From assembly GCA_964507705.1 (NCBI GenBank), contig CAZDRA010000005.1, positions 1,353 through 65,352 of the forward strand: a stretch of DNA of 64,000 nt, read 5' to 3'. Position numbers and translations under genes: made by a program. Position 1 is the first letter of the stretch. Each line of letters starts with the position of its first letter. Positions 56,501 through 64,000 of this stretch are shown here, piece after piece. The notes beneath the pieces were generated by a model. That model saw nothing but the letters and a program-made list of their open reading frames with translations, searched no databases and was not told the DNA's origin. Source of the DNA: an uncultured Roseivirgaceae bacterium (GTDB taxonomy: Bacteria > Bacteroidota > Bacteroidia > Cytophagales > Cyclobacteriaceae).

Positions 56501-58889
56501 GCGTTGCCGGAGTTGCGCATCCGGTTTCAGTAATAGAAACGTTGTCAATTCTCCATTCGGTGGCTGCCCCTGCTGTTGTCCCGCTGGAAGTGTACCTGAA
56601 TGCAACATATGCTGCAGATGGAATACTTGATAAATCAACCAAGCCTGAAGAAACCCATACTTGCGAATCCTCTACTGGAGGGCCGTAATCTACGCTGGTC
56701 CAACTAGCTACATTTGGATTTCCTGTACCTAAATAATCTACAGAATACAGCACTTCCAATCTTGGATGAGTAATGTCTGTACCGCTTGTCCAGGAATCAA
56801 AGGTTAATACTTCATTGGATAATGTGCTGAAATCGATAGAAGGCATTATATACCATGCCTCTGAAGCTCCTGATCCGCCCAGGCCATTTACCGAAGCATA
56901 TCCCAACCCGCACGACCAGTCATTTCCGTTGATTAAAACCGATAACCATCCTGCCGGCGGGCAAGTGGAAAAGTCCTGGAAAAAAGTGCCAATATGAATG
57001 TTGGCAGATGTTGCAGTTGTCATAAAAACCTCACCGGAGGCTAATATGGTATAGTCACCATCTGCATCAATCGTGATATCATCGAATGTCGCTACACCCC
57101 CAACCGCTACTTTAGTTAAAGTTCCGGAAATGATTCCGGGACCGCTATTTTTACTAATCGAAAGGGTTCCAGTGTAATTGGTGTCTAAGGATAAATCAGG
57201 CAAAAGAGCCCTCACTACTATACTGCCAATCACTTGGTTGGTTTGACCTTGGGTAGGCTGACTGGCGATTTCTACACGATCTGCTCCTTGAATTATATCA
57301 AATGTATTGGATGTGGCATCTGTCAATATGCCAGAACTTGCTGTAAGCATTCGTCCTGTAGCAGCGACAGTATGCGTTATTGGATCAGTTGACTCAAGCC
57401 ATGTTGCCAAACCCGCAACAGCCGAAACTCCAATGGGATCTCCTGTCATTGTACCATCAGACGATACATCGACATTGTCGACAAAATCCAGATCTCTGCT
57501 TCCATTCACATCCGTAGCCTCAACTGAAATATCTGTGGCCATGGGTGTGTTTGTATTTGCGTCTATGGGTTGCTGGACAAATCTTAATTCTGTAGCATCT
57601 ACTGTGATGGTGTGTGTGTTTGAGGTAATTACACTAGGAAAACTTGAAGCAAACTCTGAACTATTAGAATAGGTTGAAAATCCAATAGCATCTGTGTCAA
57701 TTTGAAATTCTAACAGGCCGCCATCAACTATTCCTGTTGTGTTTAAATAAGTCCAAACTCTGAAATTTAACGTTCCACCATCAGGCACGTTCATTTCGTT
57801 TGCGGCAAAAGTCAAATCAATGTAGGTATCTGTAATATCAGTACTCAGAATTGTATAAAAACTTCCAATAAAGTCATCAATCCTCATGTTTTGAATTTGA
57901 GATGACCAACTCACATTATTATTAGCACCGGGAACAAATCTTATAGTTTGAATTCTTGTATCGAGTCCATCGGCAGTTCCCATATCCGTAATTGTAAACC
58001 AAAAGACTTCTGAAGCATCAACTTCAGTAGTATTAAGGGAAGATATATCTATGGCGCCTGACTGAAATCCAATTGAAAGTGCTTCTGTATCAGTATCTGG
58101 AACAGGAGGTTCATTCATAGTTATAGATATATCATCAAGAGCTATTTCATCTCTACTTCCACTTCCTGTGTTATCATCCGTTGACCACTTTAAGTAAAAG
58201 TCGTTACCGTTTGTAAGAGGAGACCCACTAATGTCAATTGAATAACTTCTTGTGACCATTTGCCATTGTGGTCCAGGGAAAAAAGGTGGAAAGGGAGCAG
58301 TTGCAGCTTGAACAGAAGCAAAATCTAAGGATCCAACACTGGTATAAGCTGTATTATCAGGTGAATGAGAAAAATTTAATGAAGTAGATATATTTTGATC
58401 ATTAAATTCCCAAATTTCATAACTGATATCAATAGTTACAATATCAACCCCAGTATTATTAGTCATCCTTAAAATAATTTCTCCCGGAGTTAAATCAGCT
58501 ATTGATGCCTGAAAACCAAGTGTAAAATCAGAACTTGCCACTTCAAAACCATAGATTCCTCCATCAGTCTCCCCTCCGGTACTTGTTCCTCTGGCATAGT
58601 CACCAGTTGTTCCTGTACCTCCAAATCCTAAATCACCATCAGAAAGACCTGTGGTGGAAAATGCATCAGAATCGAGCATGCCTGAGGAAGGGCTTGGTTG
58701 GAAACCTGAGCCTGCAAACTGTCCATTATTTACTCCGGAAACTGTACCGTCAAAGTCTATGGTGAAAGGTGTACCCTCAGTAGTAATTGACAACTGACCA
58801 TAGGCTTCATTATTGGATAACACCAAAAAAGAAAACACAAAAATCAACAATGAAAAAAAACTATTCCGGGAATGTAAAAATCTATTCAT
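50529..58889 (-). CDS. giant (2786-aa) T9SS-secreted multi-domain surface protein/adhesin
   Basis: I place the start at 58887-58889 (MNRFLHSRNSFFSLLIFVFSFLVLSNNEAYGQ signal peptide). It has three super-repeats, an FN3-like module, a beta-helix-like segment and two cohesin-like plus one dockerin-like modules. The C-terminal sorting domain (50532-50792) reads LFQNVPNPF...PGVYLYRI. Confidence 0.9.
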   Translation of the reverse strand: MNRFLHSRNSFFSLLIFVFSFLVLSNNEAYGQLSITTEGTPFTIDFDGTVSGVNNGQFAGSGFQPSPSSGMLDSDAFSTTGLSDGDLGFGGTGTTGDYARGTSTGGETDGGIYGFEVASSDFTLGFQASIADLTPGEIILRMTNNTGVDIVTIDISYEIWEFNDQNISTSLNFSHSPDNTAYTSVGSLDFASVQAATAPFPPFFPGPQWQMVTRSYSIDISGSPLTNGNDFYLKWSTDDNTGSGSRDEIALDDISITMNEPPVPDTDTEALSIGFQSGAIDISSLNTTEVDASEVFWFTITDMGTADGLDTRIQTIRFVPGANNNVSWSSQIQNMRIDDFIGSFYTILSTDITDTYIDLTFAANEMNVPDGGTLNFRVWTYLNTTGIVDGGLLEFQIDTDAIGFSTYSNSSEFASSFPSVITSNTHTITVDATELRFVQQPIDANTNTPMATDISVEATDVNGSRDLDFVDNVDVSSDGTMTGDPIGVSAVAGLATWLESTDPITHTVAATGRMLTASSGILTDATSNTFDIIQGADRVEIASQPTQGQTNQVIGSIVVRALLPDLSLDTNYTGTLSISKNSGPGIISGTLTKVAVGGVATFDDITIDADGDYTILASGEVFMTTATSANIHIGTFFQDFSTCPPAGWLSVLINGNDWSCGLGYASVNGLGGSGASEAWYIMPSIDFSTLSNEVLTFDSWTSGTDITHPRLEVLYSVDYLGTGNPNVASWTSVDYGPPVEDSQVWVSSGLVDLSSIPSAAYVAFRYTSSGTTAGAATEWRIDNVSITETGCATPATQASSLTFSNVMINNMDLIWDNGNGTGRIVIARLGSAVTEIPVDGTNYTADAAYGTPAAAFGSSFVVYKGNGNAVTVTGLIPNTTYHYAIYEYNCSSVSPTFNTVSPATGSQLSANPNASDIITDATYVSPVDVAYGTYQAPALTMNFGNSLGVFGMTLRDGGVGGATDGLATNLTSISISTNGSRAIRAVAIWDGATLISPTNVNGGTADFTIDLSATPIVATDGATTNFELRVTYMAGDFIVDNEQIIFTVTAAVANPAGTLFTDPDAGGPESSSAGDDNRIRVIATSLNIIEGPINSIATNAVFTIEVEAIDGNGTRDLDKSLTISNILGVGTLSAASGLTKPTTDSTVVWTDLIYDTAEDTEFEISDGGGPALTVSTGVLKSEPRMAIFTFTGASGNEATFPADSQPLNMTVSVISRGSNISPSPLSGAFSANNWPGAVDEVGSYYEITLIADPGYAFNVTSAEFDHRRSGTGPDRWEGRTSDDNFVGAQTGTTTGTGVWNRNQDLPVDFVDQDTLTFRLYAYRSGGLGGLGGTWAIDNIEFFGTINDIQAPSFTATFPQYDSVAVDGFDLQINADEATTAYFIVQDPSISAPSTAQVVLGENGNGAAAEASGMVDVTVSDSTFNERVAGLGLLTIYDVYFVLDDGTNQSTVVLLEDVPLSDADTDFASATQPGGTTISSTADNPGDSVAVFSFNVSDLGTADGAPTHVTRLVFNPGGANVAIWQDVIGGARLYNNSQSTSIAISNTSIVGSVMVLDIPLGALTVADGASDQITLSVWLTNTAIDNEVLEFEIGGNAHLNETYSIGSQFNNTLTTLTSNIFTIDVVATQLNITAFTLSIPNELTDIALDVEAVDANGNRDLDESSNVTIALGQGSGTIGVDSPPPTLTQALASGFVVWTNLRYSTNSEFITLITQSGTLLDDTTGVISIGSPSDLIVTTTTTLSSDLTVNNVDIQSPGGNLTISSGITLSVSGDFTIDGVLNGNSGTVNFNAPGNTLQLINGTASAADFYNITVTNNGSAGVRAEIDINLHNTLSMANNSIIDVDGAGDDKNFRIVSTSSYTARIGEMGDGSRINGEVVWQRSLRSGPEGWRYIGIPIKGQTLAGISDDVWIQGVAEIHPSHWTNIGTYSEPIGTTGNNGTDGWIDFTSTANPVNVGVGMKLWQWDNNYSPEQTITLKGLPVVGDGVDNIAGSGESYTFPSASFTPSSLDGGGWNFYANPYPSELDWDNVNSTAFGPEAVYVWNPNTQNYGTYSSTTGVGTGGVSQYVSSGQGFFVKANDGTSVLSMTEASKSSADGNSFLRKSDEKFPQMLVKIISDNNNIDETAITFMDVATNGFDERFDAIKLGAGWVNLSSRIGEDEKVVINAMGESKGVQSIKLNIEAFYFGNYTLEFPKIESFSEGATMRLKDSYLDKVIVINASSEYNFEIIENVPETFGGDRFEIQFVEPVKFRFDDIKAKAGKEFVMPVYADQLSDVLNAKIAMDWDDEMLTFVGIEDAGEIDINDFDLTEVEQGLLSLNADYDLPLELPNDTQLFSIRFKASSNSNEAYLNFRRTSMGIKAIDDIDMPFNTKDVVISILQTKLVGGEVFTYTGQPVNAVNVKVEGDDLLENITDIKGVYSLDTYEQSNYTISAAKPDDSKLNDAVTTLDIIKSRRHMLQIDEFTSPYQIVAADVNISKSLTALDLAQMRKVVLGIDEGFVDGLNWLFIPETFDLSNDPFNFETSVDISLSDQNLDMDFVAVKIGDVNNSWTGENGSRSTNGVIELNLEHLKLADELVEIPIVVSDFRSISGYQFTISWDASQLELYDMENKALDGYFNEQLIDDGILTTMWDEFNGKSVDLDDGTVLFVLRFNPKSEDAKSVVELNSSVTKAVAIDHNLSSIAIKSISANVNIDELRNGNLELFQNVPNPFDQSTDIRFKIAKAGKAKLSIINLLGEIIFVHEQDYDTGVYSVTWNKGDSFRSVSPGVYLYRIESNGVDVVKKMLIK

Positions 58890-59335
58890 ATTTTTTGTTG
58901 CTAGATTATTAATCATGGTCATGTGGTAATATTTTAACTTGCATAAAAAAGTACCGTAAAAGTAACTTTTTTATTTAATTTTTCTATCAAAAATAGCTAA
59001 TCGTTTATAATCAGGTAGGAATTTTGTAAACAAATGTTCTGTACCCAACTTGCATTTCAAGCCAAAAACCAAGAACTTTTTCATTTGTCAAATTAGCATT
59101 GTGCATTAGTTATTAAGGCATACTGCAACCATTATTTCATGGCATTTTTATTTCCATAGAAAAATCACTTGAGAAATCATTATTATTTACAGGCATGCTA
59201 AACATATTATCCAAAGGCATATTCTATAAGATTATACAGTTTTCAAATGATTTTCATATTAATCGAATTCTAAATTTTTACAGCTAAATAAAAATACTTA
59301 GTATTGATGATTGTGCCATAAAATAAAAAGCTGGA

Positions 59336-60181
59336 GTGATTATAGATTTTTTAAATCAACCCTTTCATTTGCTCGACCGAAAAGACAATCGCTTGCTATT
59401 GTCCATAGTGACAGGGATTTATGTCATGCTATTTATGAATTTGTATATCCCTTTCAATGTTGATCAATGGTACAAAAATCCTACGCTTCCATTACCTGTC
59501 ATTTTATCCAGCTTCGGACTAATCGGTATGGCTGTGCTCATGATAAGCCAATTGTTTATAAAGAAAATATTAAAAATCCGAACAGTTAAAATGTATGGAG
59601 TGATACTCTGGTTTTTAGTTGAGTTAATCCTGCTCACAGTTACCATGTATCTTATTTATGGAACCGTCGCCCTGGGAACTGAAGGAGTTTTGAACGAAAT
59701 TTTCCTCTCATTCAAATACACAGCCCTTGTGATAATAATTCCATATGCAGGCGTACTATTTTATTTGCATGCAACTCAAAAAGGAGAAAATATTGATGGA
59801 TTGCTTGTGGCAAGTGATCACTTGGTAAACATCCTTGATGAGCATGGGGAATTGCATATGGCTGTTGATCTCGAACAAATATTATTTATGAGATCTGCTG
59901 ACAATTATGTGAAAGTTTACTTTTTGAAAAATGAAAAAATTCATAAAGAGCTTGTGCGTACATCGCTCAAAAGATTGGAGACGGAACTCAATGAATCTCC
60001 CATAAGAAGATGCCATAGATCTTATATGGTTAATATCAATAATATCTCTGTGTCCATGAAAAACAATCAAGGATTGGCGTTGGCGATAAAAAACCTTCCT
60101 GACGAGACAATTCCTGTATCGAAGAAGTATAAGCATTTTTTCAATAGGCTATTAAAGAAAAAAGATCAGCAAACCACCTGA
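59336..60181 (+). CDS. membrane-embedded LytTR-domain DNA-binding protein (GTG start, no receiver domain)
   Basis: 4 N-terminal TM helices, then a LytTR domain: ILFMRSADNYVKVYF...LVRTSLKRLETEL...IRRCHRSYMVNINNI. Confidence 0.8.
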   Translation: MIIDFLNQPFHLLDRKDNRLLLSIVTGIYVMLFMNLYIPFNVDQWYKNPTLPLPVILSSFGLIGMAVLMISQLFIKKILKIRTVKMYGVILWFLVELILLTVTMYLIYGTVALGTEGVLNEIFLSFKYTALVIIIPYAGVLFYLHATQKGENIDGLLVASDHLVNILDEHGELHMAVDLEQILFMRSADNYVKVYFLKNEKIHKELVRTSLKRLETELNESPIRRCHRSYMVNINNISVSMKNNQGLALAIKNLPDETIPVSKKYKHFFNRLLKKKDQQTT

Positions 60182-60338
60182 CAATTTTGCGCATCTTTTA
60201 TCCCTCATGATGATTTTTCATCCCAATTGACAGATAATTATTATTTGAATTAAATCTTTTCCCGACTATTGTCACATGCAAAATTTTGAAAATGAAGTTT
60301 GTTTTAAATATTTATACAATCAATATAATTAAAAAAAT

Positions 60339-60716
60339 ATGAGAGGTTTAGTAATCAAAAATGGAATTGCTTTGGCATTAATCTTTGGGTTATTTATTGG
60401 AAATGCCTTTACAACTGCAAAAGTCAAGGAAGTTATTGGCACCTGGAACTATGAAGCCCCCGAAGCACCATATGAGTATTCTGTTGGACAATTGATCTTT
60501 ACATTGAATGGAAGTGCAATTGAAGGCGTAATCAAAATTGGTGATTATGAAATTGATATGAAAAATATAAAAGTTGAAGGTGGCGAAGTTTCATTTGGAG
60601 CATATATTGATGGTGAATATGTTTCTACTAAAACTACTATCAAAAAAGGCGTAATGACTGGAAAGACATCCACTTCTGAAGGCACAATAAAAGTTACTGC
60701 AGAAAAGGAAAAATAA
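60339..60716 (+). CDS. small hypothetical secreted beta-rich protein
   Basis: 125-aa ORF with an N-terminal hydrophobic signal. I recognise no domain. Confidence 0.5.
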   Translation: MRGLVIKNGIALALIFGLFIGNAFTTAKVKEVIGTWNYEAPEAPYEYSVGQLIFTLNGSAIEGVIKIGDYEIDMKNIKVEGGEVSFGAYIDGEYVSTKTTIKKGVMTGKTSTSEGTIKVTAEKEK

Positions 60717-60886
60717 TAAATACACTATTTACATTTTTGTAGATACACCTGTCTGAGCAATTGGGTAGGTTTTTTACCTTTTTTCTAATATGTATTGTGA
60801 GGGTTATTGCAAATCGCAGATAGGTGCCGGAATAAATCCGGCAATGCCTTCCCTTGATAATCAATCCCCCGCACTTGCGCCTCGAC

Positions 60887-60921
60887 AATCCCCGCACCTG
60901 TTGCGGGGTCTGTCTACAATT
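60887..60921. repeat. REP-like GC hairpin unit (copy B)
   Basis: aatCCCCGCAcctgtTGCGGGGtctgtctacaatt has a 7-bp stem (60890-60896 / 60902-60908). It is homologous to 5530-5564. A degenerate half-copy lies at 60863-60879. Confidence 0.8.
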
Positions 60922-61350
60922 ATCACAAACCCAGATAACCCAAGCCAAACCAGCGAAAATAACAGCCTTATTCTTCGTACTCATGGATATTTAAGGCCTT
61001 TTCTCTTGTAGAGTGCAGGTAGCTGACAGATCCTTAAACAAGTTCAGGGTGACTGTAACAAGCCGGCAATGCCAGCGAACATATTTAAAAATCATTTCAG
61101 ATCGCAGACAAATCTCTGCCAAATCAACCGTTCGCACAGAATACTCGCATTAACATCTTTACATAGTTTGTTGGCAAGTATGCGCCAAATGGAATTGCCC
61201 GGATAGAAATATCTCCACCACTTTCACCCACGCCTTTCAAGTCAACTCAACCGCAACTAATGTCTGTTTATAGTATCTATTGTCTTACAATTTACTTTGA
61301 CTCCATGCAGTGCCGTTGGGTAATTTGTAATAAATTGAAAAAAAATGTAA

Positions 61351-61390
61351 AAATGTGTTATAAAGTGGGATAAAGTGGTTGGTATTGTGG
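61351..61390 (+). promoter_or_regulatory. candidate MraZ operator: phased AAAGTGG-type direct repeats
   Basis: AAAGTGG at 61362 and 61372 (10-bp phase), ATTGTGG at 61384, and a weaker AAATGTG at 61351. These lie 50-90 bp upstream of mraZ. Confidence 0.5.
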
Positions 61391-61408
61391 CTATAATTAA
61401 TATCTTTG
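61379..61408 (+). promoter_or_regulatory. candidate dcw/mraZ promoter (TTG ... TATCTTTG)
   Basis: TATCTTTG at 61401-61408 fits TAnnTTTG, and a TTG lies 19 nt upstream at 61379-61381. It overlaps the repeat array. Confidence 0.4.
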
Positions 61409-61439
61409 TTCATATAGAAATGAAAAATTCTTTCGACCA

Positions 61440-61883
61440 ATGTCTCTCTTCACCGGTGAATATGAATGTAAAATAGATGCTAAAGGCCGATTGACCTTGC
61501 CGTCTAAGGTGAAGGCAAAACTCCCTGAAGTATCTGGCAACCAGCTTGTATTAAGTCTGGGCTTAGAGCCATGTCTGGTTTTGTACCCTTTAGTTGAATA
61601 CAGAAAAATTTATTCTCGTATTGCTTCAATGAATGAGTTCAACGAAGAATTCCGGAGGCTACAGCGCAATTTTTTCAGAAGAATATCTGAAGTAGAATTA
61701 GACGGTGCGGGCAGGTTGCTCATCCCAAAAACAATGTTGAAATATGCCAAACTGGAAAAAGAGATTATCCTGGTAGGCATGGGAAACAGGATAGAACTAT
61801 GGGATACTGTCGTCTATGACAAATTCATTATTAATGACAGCTCAGAATTTTCAAAGCTAGCGCAAAAACATTTAACAGAGTGA
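61440..61883 (+). CDS. mraZ: division/cell wall cluster transcriptional regulator MraZ
   Basis: Two SpoVT/AbrB-like halves with the DxxxR motifs DAKGRLTLPSK and DGAGRLLIPK. Confidence 0.92.
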   Translation: MSLFTGEYECKIDAKGRLTLPSKVKAKLPEVSGNQLVLSLGLEPCLVLYPLVEYRKIYSRIASMNEFNEEFRRLQRNFFRRISEVELDGAGRLLIPKTMLKYAKLEKEIILVGMGNRIELWDTVVYDKFIINDSSEFSKLAQKHLTE

Positions 61884-62797
61884 TGTTGACAACCATGACC
61901 TACCATAAACCAGTTTTGTTAAAGCAAAGTATTGAGGGATTGCAAATCAATCCTGATGGCATTTATGTCGATCTTACTTTTGGAGGTGGTGGGCATTCCA
62001 TGGCTATTCTTGAGCATATCAAAGAAGGGCGGCTATTTGCTTTTGATCAGGATGCGGATGCCGCAGAAAATGCAGCACGATTCACCAGTAAGTCATTTAA
62101 ATTCATAAAGAACAATTTCAGGTTTGCCAATAAATTTTTAAAAATCCATGGAGTAGATCAAGTAGATGGAATTCTGGCAGATTTGGGTGTTTCTTCCTAT
62201 CAAATAGATACTCCTGAGCGTGGGTTTTCAACAAGGTTTGATGGCGATCTTGATATGCGGATGGACAAAGATTCGTCAAAGAGTGCCAAGCACGTGATCA
62301 ATAAATACTCACAAGAAGATTTGCATAAAATATTTGGCATGTATGGCGAAGTGCGTAATGCCAAAAGTCTCGCTACCGCCATTGTAAATTTTAGAAATGA
62401 AACCCCTATAAAGACCAACGAGGCATTGAAGAAGATACTTGCCAGTTTTGCACCACGAGGCAGGGAATTCAAATATTTTGCCCAGGTATTTCAGGCTTTA
62501 CGCATTGAGGTTAATAATGAGCTGGAAGTGCTAAAAGAAATGCTTGTCAATTGTACCAAAATACTAAAGCCCGGAGGTCGGTTTGTGGTCCTTTCCTACC
62601 ACTCATTGGAAGACCGCCTTGTCAAGAATTATTTCAATAAGGGAAAATTTTATGGCGATGTCGATAAAGATGTTTTCGGTAACGAACTAAAGCCATTGCA
62701 ATCTGTCACCAGGAAACCAATTGTAGCAGATGAATTGGAAATTACCGAAAACAACAGATCAAGAAGCGCAAAAATGAGAATAGCTAAAAAATTGTAA
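61880..62797 (+). CDS. rsmH: 16S rRNA (cytosine1402-N4)-methyltransferase RsmH
   Basis: YHKPVLL, DLTFGGGGHS and DLGVSSYQID motifs. The track start is GTG, and the true start may be an ATG a few codons downstream. Confidence 0.92.
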   Translation: MMLTTMTYHKPVLLKQSIEGLQINPDGIYVDLTFGGGGHSMAILEHIKEGRLFAFDQDADAAENAARFTSKSFKFIKNNFRFANKFLKIHGVDQVDGILADLGVSSYQIDTPERGFSTRFDGDLDMRMDKDSSKSAKHVINKYSQEDLHKIFGMYGEVRNAKSLATAIVNFRNETPIKTNEALKKILASFAPRGREFKYFAQVFQALRIEVNNELEVLKEMLVNCTKILKPGGRFVVLSYHSLEDRLVKNYFNKGKFYGDVDKDVFGNELKPLQSVTRKPIVADELEITENNRSRSAKMRIAKKL

Positions 62798-62798
62798 G

Positions 62799-63173
62799 AT
62801 GGCGCTAAATACATACAAAATAAAAAAGAGTAAAGGAGAAAAGGCAAGCTTGTTTTCTATGATAGGAAACAAATTCAATCTCAATGCCTTGTTTGCTGGT
62901 GGCTTGCCTGCAAAATATATTCCTCATATACTTTTTTTGACAGCTATTGGCATATTCTATATCGGGAATAATCACTGGGCAGAAAAGACAATAAGGAAAA
63001 TTGACAAAATGCAGGTCGAGGTCGAGGAGTTTCGAACAGATTATACTTCGCTAAAAGCAGACTATATGTTTGCCAGCAAGCAGTCGGAAGTTGCAAGGAA
63101 GGTTAAAAAAATCGGATTAGAAGAAAGTTATACACCACCTCATAAAATAGTAATAAAAAAAGGTGAATATTAG
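62799..63173 (+). CDS. ftsL: FtsL-like cell division protein
   Basis: Small bitopic protein (one TM helix plus a coiled coil) in the canonical position between rsmH and the PBP gene. Confidence 0.6.
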   Translation: MALNTYKIKKSKGEKASLFSMIGNKFNLNALFAGGLPAKYIPHILFLTAIGIFYIGNNHWAEKTIRKIDKMQVEVEEFRTDYTSLKADYMFASKQSEVARKVKKIGLEESYTPPHKIVIKKGEY

Positions 63174-64000
63174 GAAGTCCATTATTCTTAGGGTTAGAAT
63201 TGCATTTCTAATCATCATGGTATTTGCAGTTGCGGTACTAGCCAGAATCTTTATGCTCCAAAATGCCGATGATCGCAAGTGGGCAAAATTGGCTGAAGAG
63301 ATTGACTTGCAGTACAGGTCAGTTTCTGCTACCCGTGGCAATATCTACAGTGACAATGGCAGCCTTTTGGCAACCTCATTACCATCCTACCGCATTGCAT
63401 TTGATCCTACTATTGCCAAAAGCGATATTTACAAATCAGGCATTGACTCCCTTGCCAATAAACTGTCCTGGCATTTCAACGATCACAACAAGTCCTATTA
63501 TAAAAGAAAGATTAATAATGCGAGGCTTGCCGGCAGACAATACCTTATACTAAATAGAAAACTGGTAAAATACCAGGACAAAAAAACCATGGCTAAGTGG
63601 CCGATATTTCGGGAAGGAAGATTAAAGGGCGGCGTTATTTTTGAAAAGATTGACAGAAGAGTAAGGCCTTTTTCTTACTTGGGATACAGAACGGTTGGTT
63701 TTGTAAATGACAACAATCAAGGCGCAGGAATTGAATATAGTTTCAATAAATACCTGGCTGGTAAAGATGGCAAAGCACTTTACCAGAAAATGGCCGGCGG
63801 TAAGTGGAGGCCTCTTCATGATGGATCTGAAATTCATCCTGTAGAAGGTTATGATATCCATACCACCATAAACGTAAATCTTCAGGACGTCACAGAATCG
63901 GCACTGCTAAAGGCGTTGGAAGACCATGATGCAGATTATGGATGTGTGGTAGTGATGGAAGTATCTACTGGAGAAATTAAGGCTATTTCCAATCTCACAA
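63163..64000 (+). CDS. ftsI: penicillin-binding protein (FtsI/PBP3-like), N-terminal part, continues beyond the window
   Basis: Hand translation from GTG 63163 stays open to the window edge. It shows a TM anchor RVRIAFLIIMVFAVAVLARIF and the PBP dimerisation-domain pattern ATRGNIYSDNGSLLATS...GYDIHTTINVNLQ. Confidence 0.8.
   Translation, partial: MNIRKSIILRVRIAFLIIMVFAVAVLARIFMLQNADDRKWAKLAEEIDLQYRSVSATRGNIYSDNGSLLATSLPSYRIAFDPTIAKSDIYKSGIDSLANKLSWHFNDHNKSYYKRKINNARLAGRQYLILNRKLVKYQDKKTMAKWPIFREGRLKGGVIFEKIDRRVRPFSYLGYRTVGFVNDNNQGAGIEYSFNKYLAGKDGKALYQKMAGGKWRPLHDGSEIHPVEGYDIHTTINVNLQDVTESALLKALEDHDADYGCVVVMEVSTGEIKAISNLT

Noticed and set aside
60694-61011. Overlapping ORFs of 96 aa (minus strand) and 73 aa (plus strand) upstream of the dcw cluster
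   Set aside because: Both are translations of the GC-rich repeat cluster. They are Pro/Arg/Gln-rich and low complexity, with no start context or motifs.

Overview
Low-GC, Bacteroidota-type chromosomal segment. The phylum call rests on T9SS C-terminal sorting domains, TAnnTTTG-type promoter motifs, rpoN and the start of a dcw cluster (mraZ-rsmH-ftsL-ftsI). I support about 60 protein genes, 2 tRNAs (Ser-GGA, Arg-ACG) and several hairpin or repeat elements. I found no rRNA, no CRISPR array and no intact transposase, integrase or phage gene. Most of the window is housekeeping: rbsK, psd, Glu dehydrogenase, greA, ruvC, tatD, exbBD, asnS, rpoN and others. The regions most worth a second look are listed here.
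(1) 19.0-25.4 kb: a Psr/Phs-type molybdopterin reductase operon (A, B, NrfD-type C) followed by a split YeeE/YedE sulfur transporter and two membrane-anchored rhodanese proteins. One rhodanese carries a SoxY-like C-terminal GGC tail. FNR/CRP-like palindromes lie upstream.
(2) 30.4-35.0 kb: a processive GT2 synthase and a NodB-type deacetylase bracket an orphan OppC-like permease that is translationally coupled to a GAF-PP2C phosphatase.
(3) 48.0-49.4 kb: a tRNA-Arg-adjacent islet in which two ~245-bp direct repeats, each with a conserved 27-29 codon hydrophobic mini-ORF, flank a ParE/RelE-like toxin-antitoxin pair.
(4) 3.0-7.2 kb: a K+ channel, a membrane-anchored spermidine-synthase-like protein and a Tat-exported flavoprotein.
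(5) 50.5-60.2 kb: a 2786-aa T9SS surface protein with three ~550-650 aa super-repeats and an internal cohesin/dockerin-like arrangement, divergent from a membrane-embedded LytTR regulator.
(6) A family of GC-rich REP-like hairpins (one pair shows a compensatory stem change) and an IS200/IS605 TnpA C-terminal relic.
All functional calls come from motif recognition by eye. No database search was run.
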